From Phoronis australis (Eukaryota; Animalia; Phoronida), in NCBI GenBank assembly GCA_002633005.1, contig NMRA01000018.1, positions 1,711,290-1,775,289 on the forward strand: a stretch of DNA of 64,000 nt, in the 5' to 3' direction. Position numbers and translations under genes: made by a program. Below are positions 49,101 to 61,896 of the stretch, one piece after another. The stretch's first letter is position 1. Every line of letters starts with the position of its first letter. The notes under the pieces are model-generated. The model worked only from the letters and a program-made list of their open reading frames with translations. It did not search any database and was not told where the DNA came from.

Positions 49101-52100
49101 AATTCAGTCTAATCAGTGTAACTGTGATAACTAAATTACGACTTTCAAAATAATCCCATAACTTTGTAACTATACATTTGGAACACGCAACATGTCACTG
49201 TAAAGGTAAACATCCTCCTCCTAGAACACCGGAATGCCTTTTAAACTATGATGCGATAAAATTTCACCAATTTTGGACAAAATATGGCTGAGAGCTGAAA
49301 TTTTGTTTTCCCATTTTTTTTACATACAGATTATACCAAATGTAATTCTTTGTCCTGTTCAGACAAGTTCTAAAATGTAAGAAGACTTTGGAAATGAGAA
49401 AATAGCAATTTTAGCAATTATTTTTGCTCCAAATTGGCAAAACTTTCAGTCAGTAATAATAACTTCCTGATTTTGCTGCTCCACATCTGTTTCCTCAACA
49501 ATGTCAAGGTCATCATATGCTGACCGTCTGTGTACTAACAGCCCAGTACTGCAGTGGGAAACTGTTACAATCGATATTGCAATTTCATCTTTTTCATATA
49601 AATATGCAACTTTTAAACCGGCGTGGAAATGCATGTCGCAAACATTTTTAATTCCAGTCAGCACGCCACCTGTTGGTCACATCATAAGACCTAATGAAAA
49701 CATCACTGCCCCAACCGTGCCTCGAACCCGGGACCCTCTGCTAACTGTGCAGACGCTCTAGTCCACTGAGTCATCAGGATCACCAGTCAAATACAGAAAT
49801 CCAATCACACTTAGTAGTGAGAATCTCACCTTTGAACACCTGGGTGTACATAAATAAGTATTCTTAAACCAGCATAGAGCTAACATTTTTAAATCTGGTC
49901 AGCATGCCACCTGTTGGTCACATCAGGTGACCTAATGAATATAAGTCTGAAGAGATTTCTGCCCCAACCCAGGCTAGAACCAAGGACCTTCTGCTAACCG
50001 TGCAGACGGTCTAGTCCACTGAGCTATCGGGACCACAGTGTCCTAAGCAAACATACCTCACTCTTCAACTTTTCCGTCACAACCTCCAGTGATTTCTCCA
50101 TCAGCTCTGGATGGGAGGCGCTGCTGGTCAACTTGACAGCATTGAACTCAAACAGGTCAATAAGAGCAGCAACACTGGAGAACTTTTCATCAAAAGTAAC
50201 CTGGGTAGTGTAGTAACATTAACAGTCAAAACCATGGTAACGAACAAAACATAACATCGAGCAAAACTTACACTTCAGAAGCATCATATTAGCACTCGAT
50301 GCAGGCTATTATTCATATTCATATCTAAGAATTCATCCTAAAATTAACCTTTCAAGCACAAATACACCAATAACATCTTTTCAATGATCGTCCCAAGGTC
50401 TCTAGCAGAATAACTCTCTAAATAAGCTACCTTTAGCAGACTTACACGTATCTGTCTGTGTTGAAGACTAACATTCATGTTAACCTAAATAGTTGCACGC
50501 TTCAACAGATCAACATGACAGTACCCAGGACTACGGTGCTCATATCAGGCCTATAGCTTGATTCAACTACAGGGCTTGAAATGACCAACGACAAAAAAAA
50601 GAAAAATTTACAAGTGATGTATTGTTCCGGAAATAACTACTAGGCACGTGTGATAGACATTATATATTTTGTGAATTGTAAAATTAAACTGAAATAAAAG
50701 TTTTTGTATGCACAGTTAAAATAATGATAAAAAGACGAAAAAAGAGGAAACTGGAAATCAAATATTAGAGGAAATCAAAACCCAAAAAGAGGAAATACTG
50801 TTCAAGGAAGAAAATTCCAAGCCCTGCAACTAGTAGCAACGCATTCCATGGTGGCACAATACTCACATAAACTTTATTCTTCTGTATACCCGGTTGCATC
50901 AACACTGTCTCTAGAGTCATTCGTAGGTTGTTGGCATTCATACCCCCCACGACAATGAGGGGTGTGCGAAATACCTCATGACCTTTCAACAAGTACTTAT
51001 CGGTTAGCTGGCCTGCCACTAGGGGGTCAGTTATGTGTTGAGCTGAAAAGGAAATGAAAAACAATTTATGAAATAGCCAAAGCAGTAATCCCTCAAAAAA
51101 TGGACGAGTATTCAATGCATTGCTACTCTCTTGTTGAATTCTTTTCATGGGAATTTTGGTGCCGAAATTCAAGAATGCCCAAAAATTTAAGCAAACTCGA
51201 AGACCGTTTCGACCAACTCCCAATTTCGATCCCTCCAATTTNGTCCGTCATGAAAGTATGCTAAATATTATTCAAGAATGTTAACTCGACATAACAGACA
51301 AATTCTAAAATACATTCCACATATCAAGAATGTTGTCCGAGAACACAGCACATAGTCTATTAATATCACCACCTCTAAAAGATCGATGTGTTTAGCCAAT
51401 AAAGACAAAGAAAAGCAATGAATCAGTGCACTTTTACTGCGTTTAATTGCCACCCCCCACCCCCTACCTTGTGTCACAGCACTGTTTCATTTTGCCAGCC
51501 ATTCCCGCCTTGTAAAAAGCAGTCTTCACCATGAATCCCAAGCCTGGTTTATTGGACACACGATACACCTGGGACACATTGCCAGACACTTCCACGAATC
51601 CTGGAAAAGAGATCAAGTGTTTAAATCAACACTTGACGGTTTAAAAATGCAAAGAAGGAAGGACCATGTTTGTGAAGACACTAGACGACTTCATAACTCA
51701 TATTTAGGAACTGAATGCAACACATTTTTAATATTAATTTAGTCACATGCAGCGTATTCCTTGAGAACTCTTGTTTTGATTCATGTTTTGGGTGGAGCCA
51801 CCTAGTTATTGGCTTTTTAATACGACAAGTTAGCGTTCCGGATTACACTAAAATTACAACGGAATTGAGTTCCAAAACTGTGACTTTTGAAGACAATACT
51901 GTGTGCGGAGTTAAGTTGACAAACATGTAACACACAAACCATTGTCAGCGTATAATGAAACTCAAAATTGGCAAACAGCAACTACAAAAGATTGCCACTG
52001 ACCATTGGGGTTCCACGCAGATACTCCAACCACTGTTGGGTCCTTGTCGATGCCATCCATTGTGTAGGCCATGAACGACAGGAAGTCAGGTGACAACAGG

Positions 52101-55100
52101 AGGTCCTCTTCAACAACAATCAGGTACTTGAACACCTGTAAACACACCCATGGCCGAATGAAAAACCTGGATTGTATACTCAAGAACCGCTTGGTTGATC
52201 ATGATGAAATTCGGTATAGAGGTACTTGGCAAGGATGCGCCTGCACCAGTCAATTTCCGGGAGGGTTTGGCAACCTTGGTACCCCATGTTGGCCGCTTTA
52301 GTTTTCGACAAGCCATTCTTTGTACGTAGAATATCTCAAAAACTGCTTCACTGACAATGAAAGTCAAAATAGAAGTATATCGCAAGAATGTGCTGGCACC
52401 AGTCAATTTTTAGACGCTGTATTCAACTGCTGTGGTACCCCGTTAGTTTTTGACAAGACAGGTTGACTATCTCAAAAAGTGCTAGGCACAACTGGAAATT
52501 TGGCACAAAAATATATAGCAGGGATGGATGCGTTGACAGAAGTCATTTTCGTTTTGATTCGACCACCCTCTTGGCTAATTTAGTTTTTGACAATATTGGA
52601 CAAGACAACTAGTTCTTGTCCGTCAGTCATCTATTATAACAGATCATCCTGGAGGCCATTTGTTTGCAAGTGTTGGATTTTATATTTTAACCTATTAATT
52701 AAAATATTATGGGTCATGGGTTGGAGAAATAAATGAAAAATATGGGCGGTGGGTACGAAATAAAAGTGCCTTCCCCCCCTCCCATACAGATTTTGCTGGA
52801 ACAGCCCTGATCTGTTGGGGAGATCGGAATGTTGCCCAGGTTCTCAGTGCTGAAGCTGGAGTGAGAAAACATGAATTTCTTTTCCCATTTTCGAAATATG
52901 ACCTAAATCCTCGAAATAGCTGTCTCCAAAATTCCATTCTAAAAATCTCATACAAAATTATATCATACACTGGTACTGAGGATGTGTGCTCTTGGTTTGA
53001 TCTCCTGCTCTTGACTATTTTTCTGCCTTGATCTTCGCGGAACTGGCACTTCAAATTTCCGATAGTAAAAGCTACTTTTTTACTATCAACTGATTTTTGG
53101 AAGAGAAATAAATATTTAAAATCTACAACATTTGAAAACCTGTACACAGCAAACATTGGCAGCCCTGCAGACCCTCGCGAACTAAGTTGACAACGTTCAA
53201 TTCAGTCTTATCAGTGTAACTGTGATAACCAAATTACGACTTTCAAAATAAACCCAAAACTTTGTAACTATACATTTGGAACACGCAACATGTCACTGTA
53301 AAGGTAAACATCCTCCTCCTAGAACACCGGAATGCCTTTTAAACTATGGTGCGGTAAAATTTCACCAATTCAGGACAAAATATGGCTGACATCTGAAATT
53401 TTGTTTTCCCATTTTTTTACATACAGTATTAACCAAACGTAATTCTTTGTCGTGTTCAAGTTCTATAATGTAAGAAGACTTTGGAAATGAGAAAGTAGCA
53501 ATTGTAGCAATTATTTTTGCTCGAAATTGGCGAACTTTCACTGTCAGTTATAATAACTTCCTGATTTCCTTCTGCTAACCGTGCAGACAGTCTAGTCCAC
53601 TGAGCTATCGGGACCACAGTGTCCTAAGCAAACATACCTCACTCTTCAACTTTTCCGTCACAACCTCCAGTGATTTCTCCATCAGCTCTGGATAGGAGGC
53701 GCTGCTGGTCAACTTGACAGCATTGAACTCAAACAGGTCAATAAGAGCAGCAACACTGGAGAACTTCTCATCAAAAGTAACCTGCGTAGTGCAGTAACAG
53801 TAACAGTCAAAACCATGGTACAAACAAACAAACAAAACGTAACATCGAGCAAACTTGCACTTCAGAAGCATCATATCAGCACTCGAAGCAGGCTATTATT
53901 CATATTCATATCTAAGAATTCATCCTAAAATTAACCTTTCGAGCACGAATACACCAATAACATCTTTTCAATGGTGGTCCCACGGTCTCTAGCAGAATAA
54001 GTCTCAAAATCAGTTACTTTAAGTAGACCCACACGTATCTGTCTGTCTGTGTTGAAGACTAACATCTCTAAAATAGTTGCAAGCTTCAACAGTTCAACAT
54101 GACAGTACCCAGGACTATAGCTTGATTCAACTACAGGGCTTGGAATGACCAACGACAAAAAAAGAAAAAATTTCAGGTGATGTATTGTTCCGAAAATAAC
54201 TACTAGGCAAGTGTGATAGAAATAATATATTTTGTGTATTGTAAAATTCAACTGAAATAAAAGTTTTTGTATGCATAGTTAAAATAATGATAAAAAGACG
54301 AAAAAAGAGGAAACTGGAAATCAAACATTAGAGGAAATCAAAACCCAAAAAGAGGAAATACTGTTCAAGGAAGAAAATTCCAAGCCCTGCAACTACTAGC
54401 AACGCATTCCATGGTGGCACAATACTCACATAAACTTTATTCTTCTGTATACCCGGTTGCATCAACACTGTCTCTAAAGTCATTCGCAGGTTGTTGGCAT
54501 TCATACCCCCCACGACAATGACAGGTGTGCGAAATACCTCATGTCCTTTTAACAGGTACTTATCGGTTAACTGGCCTGCCACTAGGGGGTCAGTTATGTG
54601 TTGAGCTGAAAAGGAAATGAAAAACAATTGATGAAATAGCCAAAGCAATAATCCCTCAAAAATGGACGAGTATTCAATTAATTGCTACTCTCTTGCTGAA
54701 TTCTAAGCCTTTTCATGGGAATTTTGGTGCTGAAATTCAATGCCCAAAAATCAAACTCCAAGACCGTTTGGACCAAACTCCAATTTCGATTCCTCCAATC
54801 TCAAGAAGTATTAGCACAAACTTCAGGTTCAATGCATGACAGTAGTAACTCACCATCATAGACTTCAGGTTCAAAGCACAGTAATAGTAACTCACCATCA
54901 CAGAAGTCTCTAAAACCATCATGCTGCTTACAAAATGATTGCCTCTTTTCATTGTGTGAATTCATTGGATCCGCCTTGATGGACTGTCCTTTCACTAAAA
55001 ATAACATCCAATAGTAAAATCATAGCAATAAATAAGTGATGTCAATGGTGATGATAACGATAATGATCACAATAATGACGACGATGGTGGTGGTGGTGGC

Positions 55101-58100
55101 GGTGATGAGGATAGTGGTTGTTATTGGAAAGTTAAGGTGAAATCAGGTAGAACTAAAAATTTGGATTAGTTTTGTATGAGATATTCTGCCCCCTTTCGGC
55201 ATATCCAGTCCCGTGGAACATCGGCACAAGGCAATGCGCGTTTATTTACAAAGTCACAGCATGATCATGAAGTTGGGTGTATGTATACAATGCAGTACAC
55301 TGACTATTAACCTTGCAAACCCAATTACTTTGAATTTTTAAATATTATTTTCCATAATGATTAAGTTAATATTTGATAAAACATAAAATAGAAATTCAGC
55401 GAAGCAGATGTTACTCATGCACTAATTTCTAAAAGTATCAATAAAAACGTTTGTTAACATACCGTATTGTGATCAAAATATCAATATTGAATGGGATCAG
55501 TCATTGAGTACAAGTGTGCATCCCTAAATATTTAGATTTAATAATATGAATAATTATCAGTCGCACTATTTCACCCAGCATACTTGTTTGTCCTTTAACA
55601 CAACCCAACACGTAGTACACAAGGCTGCCAGTAGGTGACGCCCCACCTGTATGGGTCACCAACACATCATTTACACGATACCTCTTTACCCATAAAAGAA
55701 CATTTACAAATATCACTTTATGCAAAATAGGGGTGGTTCATACTGATAAGTGCCCCTATTGTGATGAGTATCAGACTCTATTTCATATGCCATTGTTTTA
55801 TTATTGCACATGTGTCAGGACATTCTGGGAATCAGTGGAAACACTCTTAAATAAAGCCCTAAATACCCAATACATGTTTACGATGTGGGACACATTAGAT
55901 TCTATTAAAAACCATAATACAAACCACAAATTAATTTGCAATACCATTAATACACTTGCGCTTTACTTCATCTATCAGTCATCAAAGGTAGAAAAGCCTC
56001 TCCTTTTTAACGATTTCAAGTTGAAATTACAAACTTTTATAAACACAATTTTAACAGATACCTCAGACACAAATGTGGATAAATGGAGAGGTCTGCACGC
56101 ATGCTTTTAATTAGTATTCTAGAAATGATCAAAGTTGTACTGTTATTTATGTTTGTACAGAACCTAATTTCTTCAGACATCATTNGACTTTTGAAGATAC
56201 AAAGGTAAGCGTAAAAAACTAAAATTGCCACTAGGGGGCACACCGGTAGTCGGATCTGTCCGAAAGTTCGCACATGCCGTCCCATTCATGAATGGAACAT
56301 ATGTGCCAAATTTCATGAACGTATGTCAAAGGGTTTTGGAGATAGAGCAGCGGACGCCGGACGGACGCCGCCCGGACGGACAGACAGAGATGACGGCATA
56401 ATGCGTCCACATATAAATATGTGGGCGCATAAAAAAAAGTTTACATGGCATGCATTACCCTGGCCAAGTACACATTACACACGGTGAATGGAATATGAGC
56501 CGACAGAAGCATTCAAACCTTCATTACGTGATCAAGCTTTGTTACAATAGCTACCAACAGACAATTTACAAAAATTGTGGACATTCACAGCAATGCTAGA
56601 AGCCCTCGAAAAAAACAAACAGAGCAATTTTGGTCAGAAATTGATGAGATTTTACCAAAAGGAACGAGATGGGACCAGATCCTAATGGTCAGAGCCTTCA
56701 ATCAAAAGTTAGGTTAATTGTGACAGAAGGCATGTGTGTAGCTGCTTTGAAGTATAAGTTGCAGGCTAATTCCTTATCTCTGTGATTTCTTGACCAAATT
56801 AAAAACACAACATATAGCAACGATGTGTACATGAAGTAGGATGAAAATTGCCAAATGTTTTTAAAAACGAGTTCCTGGCGAAAATGATCCGCCACAAATC
56901 ACTCAACCATGTCCAGTAAGTATCGTGGCATGGCGTTGGGGAATAACACCGCATAATGCTAGCTACGTAAGCCCCCAGGGTACGTCATAATTGCAAAGGT
57001 TACTTATTTGCAGAATTTTTTGTTTTCATAAAATTATTTACAAGCTGCCATTGAATACAAATAATACACATTGTTTAACATAGTATTACTTAGATAAATG
57101 TTCATTCCAAAAAGGATTGTCGTTTAGTTCTTGCAATAAACTGCCAAAGTTAGGAGCATGCAAATTCTCTTTAAAAGAAATTGAATAAAAACAACTGTTA
57201 GGTTCAAACTGACAAAATAAAAGTGTGCTATAACTGATACGTGTTTCTACTTACATTTGTTAGGAACACAAAATGTTTTGTCAATAGGCTTTGGCCATCC
57301 GTTGCCAGCCACAAGTTCAACCTGAAAGTGATGATGTGTTAATCAGACAGCAATGAACCTTGAAGAAAATCATTCAAAACGTGCTGCCAATAAATTTAGG
57401 TCATGAACTTTTTAAATAATGAATTTATACAAGTTTGACACAGCAAAGCAGCAGTTATTGTGATTATAATTATTTACGTAATTTTTCTATTCAACTACTG
57501 AGGAGATTGAACCTGTGCTAATCAACAGTTATTGACAACTTTGATGAAAAAGACATGTCAATCAAGCACTAAAACATTATGTACAAAATACTAGCTTCGC
57601 ACAAATTTTAGTTAAAGACCACACTACACACCTTCAAATAAAATTCAAGATGTTCACATTCATACAACCAAGACCAGTTCACAACACACTACTCACAACT
57701 TTAAAAGCACCCAGGCACAAACTAAGTAAAATGAACACGCTTCCAGTGTCGTGAATGGATCACCTCAAATGCCATTAGCTTGTCTGTGTCATTAATTGGC
57801 ACTGACATTTCACAGCAAAGGGCATTCAACAGTGTCCAAGACAACTGACCGTGCTCCCAAATGAGCTGACAAATACTTTTCAATGGCGAGAGCGTTTTTT
57901 GTTGGCGTAAAAGCCAAAGCCAATGCGACCTTTGACCTCATAAACTACTACCAACTACAGTAATGTTACAATTTAAGGCTATGTGGGACCCCAGAAAAAT
58001 TCCAAACTTTTAAACTTATCTCAGAAATGTCCGAGCAGATTCACACAAAACTTCTGTATGCTATGCCTAATGCAATGCTCATCAAAATGCTGTTAGAAAT

Positions 58101-61100
58101 AACATTGTTTTTAAATGTTCAACTTTTGCAGAGGGGCCATCAAATATAGGACTTTTTGGCTTTTAAGAAAAACTCAAACGTTGCATTGAATGAACACGAA
58201 ATGAAGTTTTAGATGACTGTACAGCGTTTCTAAGATTTCATTCAGAACATAAAATTATTATATAAAATTAATCAAAACTTAAAGAAATTAGACATTTCAT
58301 TGTTTTGCTATGACTATAGCTCATTTTCTTTAATGACAAATTTGTGGTGAAGAAGTTAAAAATCAATGACAAAAGGCTTTCTTTATACTTATACAGAGTT
58401 AATTTGTAGATATTTCGTTCAGTGCAGACTTGCCAATAAGGTCCCACACGACCTTCACCTCAAACAACAACTGATGAGTCATAACTAGCTAGCACAATTC
58501 ACCATTTACAAGAGTTGGCAAAATCAGCAAACCAATTCTCGTCTTCCGCATTCATCGCTCTCTCTCTCTCATATCGTGTGGTATGAAATGGAGGCGCACA
58601 TCCAGGCAGGTCAGCAGCCTCACTTTCGCTCCTGGAGATTCACATGTTAGCACGTTTTCTGAATACTTTAATATATTCTATATCATGTTTAAGTCATACT
58701 GGGGAATTATTACTGCTGTGTCATGGGCTGCAGAGCCGATTCAAGGAAGTGGGACAAGCTGGATAAATATCCATGCATGTAGAATGTCACATTTCACCCC
58801 TTCCCGACGGTTCTGAAGGACAAGAGACGGCACAGCTCCACCACTGTACAATCAATATAATCTTACGTCACGGCCGAGGAGAGCGGGAGTGCGGAATACG
58901 GGAATTGCAAAGCTTTGGGTAGTCCAGCATCTTACCCAAACCTAGTAAAAAGCTACAAAAACTGAAAATGAACAACACCGATCAAAAACATGCCTTCACA
59001 TTGGTAGAAGATCTTCAAAACCACGTAACCATGAATGAATGTACCGCAGGTCAGTAGAAAGTGTCTACTGTACTCGTTCGGCTTAACAACAAGGGCAGTC
59101 AAATTGGGGAGTCTAAAAAATCAGCAGACGGGTGTGGACGTTTAAACACGATAGATTTGGAAAACCAAGGATGGACGAAAGGTTGATTCACTCACATAAA
59201 CCCCGTCACCATTTTTGCATGATAATAACAAAATGCCATGAACAAAAGAACACTAGAATTTCATGCTCCCTTTAGTAAATACCGTTAATACTCAGAGGTA
59301 AAGTTACCTTTTATGCACATTTAGAGAGCACTGATTATCGTACGGCAAATATTCTTAAGGACAGTGGCAATTTAAGGAAGTGTTAACTGTATAAATTGGG
59401 GCTGGGCATTAGAACGAGCATGGCAAGATTAAGGAATTTTGGGGTTGTCATTATGCCAAACATGAGAGTTAACCCAAACGAGTACAGTGTAGCTATGCCA
59501 CAAGCATAAATGTCGTAACAACAAAGGAGCATCCCGACACACACGCAGGGATTCACAGAAGCGCTGTACTGCGAAGGCACCAACAATGTAAAAATATGGT
59601 AATTGTCCACTAACTTCACACAAAACAATTATTGTCAAAATAGTTATTTTTTTCATTTTTCTAGAAACTTTACCAAATATTGTTTTAATGACATCCACAT
59701 AATATAACCTACGTTAGTGAGAGACAACAATTTTCTTAATTTTTATTTTTTTGCCAAAATTCAACAAAATAGAATTTCACGTGTCGCCCATATCGCGTGT
59801 GCTAAATAAAATTAATGTAGAATTACCACACAGTTCAAACATGCCAGTCAAGGTGCACGTGTGCAAGGCAATGCACCACGCAGACCACAGTGCCGACAAT
59901 ACCCAGAGAATGATTCTACGAAGCAGGCAGATAAAGGTGAACCAGGGGAGGTCATAGGTTTGCAGACACCATGCTCAAGGGCTTACAATATACCGGGGAG
60001 GAGTATAGCATGCCTGAAATACCTGCTCTATGTCACTGAAGCCCTTGATTCCTTTTTGCCCGACAAAAACCAAGAGGTCGCGAAATTTGTAGTTTTGTAT
60101 ATGGTAACTTCCCAGTTCCATGAACAGAGCCCGAGAATGAGACGATAGTCTGTTGCAAACATTAAAAAATGCAGGGCTTAACATGAGTGGATAATGGAGA
60201 GCATACAGGGTACTAGCAATTATCATGCAACGTATAAAACTGAATAACAGTTTGAAAACCCCTTAGATCAACTTAAGGTGACAGAGGACGGACGGTCTCC
60301 CAGAAATGATCATTACGGAACAAAACCAAAACCAACATTTGTACCGTCTTTGTAGTCTCATTTCAACTGCTGCATCAAGACCTCCTCATTTGTTTTCAAT
60401 ATATAAACTACTGCCTCGTTTCTAAAATCATGTTAACCTGTAAACAACGAAGATTAAACTGACATATCATGAAAACATGTTCACTAGTCTCCGTTAATGA
60501 CTGACATTTGTAAACTTTTTTGAGTCCAATCAAATTTCAGGACAATGTCAAAGGAGACCCAGGCTCAACATTGAGATATATCTCATAACACATGTCGACG
60601 AATGGAAACCAAGTCTGGCTTGATAACAAGTTCAGCTTAAGTAATGGATCATACTGGACTTCAGACAGTAGACATTTTCACGCAGAAATATTTTTTATGA
60701 GGTCATCACTAAGAAGCTGCAAAGATAAACGTGCCAGTGATTACATGACTCTCATACATCAGCGCCATCTGATGTGAAGGTAAGGACTGAAAACAAAGTA
60801 AAAACAACAAGTCAGAAAAAAATCAAATTATCTCCTCGGGTTTGTCATCTGTGACGAGGTTCTCTGAAAAACACTGCATACATGAAGCATCCAATCACAT
60901 TCAAGCACAACTATGATGCGACGGTCCACTCATGAACATCAGAAACAAGAATATAGGGCTCTACTTCTCACTAGCACTCATGCACTGCTATGTCTAATTA
61001 TGGTAAAGTCAGATAACACTGCATGCACTTTCATGCCATTCAAACTTCTACACCCCGCGCATGTACCCAGACACAAGGGCGGAAACAGCCTAATTTTCGT

Positions 61101-61296
61101 AAACTTCACACGTTAGTCCACTTAGGATGTTTCACAGCCTGAAACTTTAGCTTGTCTATGTATAAGAACCTGTTCTAAGGTTGTAGATCCCCTGATGCCT
61201 TTCTGTCCAATAAAGAACAAGCTCTCGCGAATGCCTAACTTGGACACAAGAGACGAGCCGAGGTCGGTCATAATTTTTCGGCCGAGAGGATGGAGG
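43192..61296 (-). CDS. POMGNT1-like (GT13) beta-1,2-N-acetylglucosaminyltransferase with an ILEI/PANDER-type stem domain; 3' portion
   Basis: Exons in transcript order: 61170-61296 and/or 60023-60149 (LGS...R..L.F.GQKG), 57255-57321 (GWPKPIDKTFCVP), 54896-54994 (NEKRQSFCKQHDGFRDFC), 54430-54605, 53638-53781, 52003-52135 (YLIVVEEDLLLSPDF...VSAWNPNG), 51468-51600 (YRV...PGLGF), duplicates 50867-51042, 50057-50200, 47004-47136 and 46470-46602, then 45607-45747 (WEDW...VVPDVSR), probable exon(s) in or next to gap 44468-45388, 43791-43922 (KLCKCFGL), 43192-43321 (LLIGSKSPYF..., TAG). Motif order matches POMGNT1/GnT-I, but this is a divergent paralog. Confidence 0.88.
44273..44467 (+). mobile_element. 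tRNA-derived SINE (runs into the gap)
   Basis: A box TGGCCTGGTTGA, B box GGTTCAAGTCCC, followed by a non-tRNA body shared with other copies. Confidence 0.8.
44468..45388. other. Assembly gap (about 920 N)
   Basis: Run of Ns. Confidence 0.98.
45389..45526. repeat. 31-bp minisatellite, at least 4 copies, extending into the gap
   Basis: Unit GATAAGATATGCAGTGAACTCTGATTGGTCA. Confidence 0.95.
45794..46040 (+). mobile_element. CAGGGCTTGGAAT-family MITE with a 9-bp flanking duplication
   Basis: TTATTAAAT|CAGGGCTTGGAAT ... ATTCCAAGCTCTG|TTATTAAAT. Confidence 0.75.
47833..48358 (-). mobile_element. HINE/Helentron-like segment nested in a Harbinger-like MITE
   Basis: GTCGGTCGGTCTGTC microsatellite and repeated TATCTCAA...GAAATTTGG cores; the two flanks are contiguous in the 28629 copy of the MITE. 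Confidence 0.55.
49655..50036 (-). mobile_element. Two tandem copies of a second tRNA-derived SINE (about 49655-49785 and 49896-50036)
   Basis: Minus strand has TAGCTCAGTGG (A box) and GGTTCGAGG/GGTTCTAGC (B box); shared tail TGTGACCAACAGGTGGC. Confidence 0.7.
54134..54389 (+). mobile_element. CAGGGCTTGGAAT-family MITE with a 6-bp TSD (counterpart at 50570-50826)
   Basis: Perfect 13-bp TIRs; CAACTA on both flanks (54128-54133, 54390-54395). Confidence 0.85.
55660..56110 (+). mobile_element. L1/Tx1-type LINE 3' fragment (ORF2 C-terminal zinc-binding region)
   Basis: HKR..TN..LCKIG....DKCPYCDEYQTLFH..LF..C..V..FW followed by a helical tail ending KW; degenerate. Confidence 0.75.
56186..56438 (+). 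mobile_element. HINE/Helentron-like non-autonomous element, 3' part
   Basis: CCACTAGGGGGCAC, CCAAATTTCATG core, (GGAC/AGAC)n microsatellite, terminal hairpin ATGCGTCCACAT-ATAAAT-ATGTGGGCGCAT followed by an A run. Confidence 0.65.
57973..58457. mobile_element. Decayed TTAA-type MITE
   Basis: TTAAGGCTATGTGGGACC ... GGTCCCACACGACCTTCA. Confidence 0.5.
60023..60149 (-). CDS. POMGNT1-like stem exon, variant B (127 nt, phase 2/0)
   Basis: CAG|a-LSSHSRALFMELGSYHIQNYKFRDLLVFVGQKGIKGFSDIEQ|GTATTT. Confidence 0.85.
61170..61296 (-). CDS. POMGNT1-like stem exon, variant A (127 nt, phase 2/0)
   Basis: TTCCAG|c-LHPLGRKIMTDLGSSLVSKLGIRESLFFIGQKGIRGSTTLEQ|GTTCTT; not in the ORF track. Confidence 0.75.
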
Positions 61297-61896
61297 CTGG
61301 AATCAAGAATTCAGTACAAAAACGTGAGGCTAATAAACGGCAGAATCGATACTCACTAGGTGGGGCTAGTGTAGACAGGGAGCCTTACTTTTATCAGCTT
61401 TACAGATTGCAAACATAAAATTTTTAACAACTATGAGAGCGGTCGAGTGATAAGGGTCCCATGTGACCCTTGAATGATTTCTGAAGGAGTGACCATTTGT
61501 TTACTAGCGCCACATAGTGAATGTCGAGTTCTTCATTATCAGGTGGTGAGGGACAAAGAAATTAGGTCTCTGCAAAGTTGCCAAGCAGCATTTTTGAAAA
61601 ACATTAAAAAACTCATGCACAATGATAAGTCAGCTCAGCAATATTTCCCTAAGAATCAAAAATAATTTCATGCAAAAGCGATCATGAAGAGACAGGTCAA
61701 AGGAGGCAAACTAACAGGGTCCTCTTCAGTAGCTTTGCAACCTTCTGAGATAACTCGGAATCAATTACAGCTTTCCTGCCTCCTGCTAACACAACAGAGG
61801 GAGCTGTTACTTAAGTCAAGCTGGACATTTCACAATATAATCACTCAGTGAGCTTCAAACAAAATATGGACAGGTGTGTAAAGTATGCAACGAAAA

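Larger units (their letters stand above)
46245..54799. repeat. Direct duplication of four POMGNT1-like exons across a single N (51242); probable unmerged haplotypes
   Basis: 46245-51241 is collinear with 51243-54799, with SNPs and several large indels. Confidence 0.85.

Noticed and set aside
46245-54799. Real tandem duplication of the glycosyltransferase domain
   Set aside because: The single-N join, allele-level identity and frame incompatibility favour an assembly artefact
60345-60437. Possible third, decayed copy of the 127-nt stem exon (good acceptor, GSSLYIEN)
   Set aside because: Multiple stops and no GQKG motif; the similarity is not convincing
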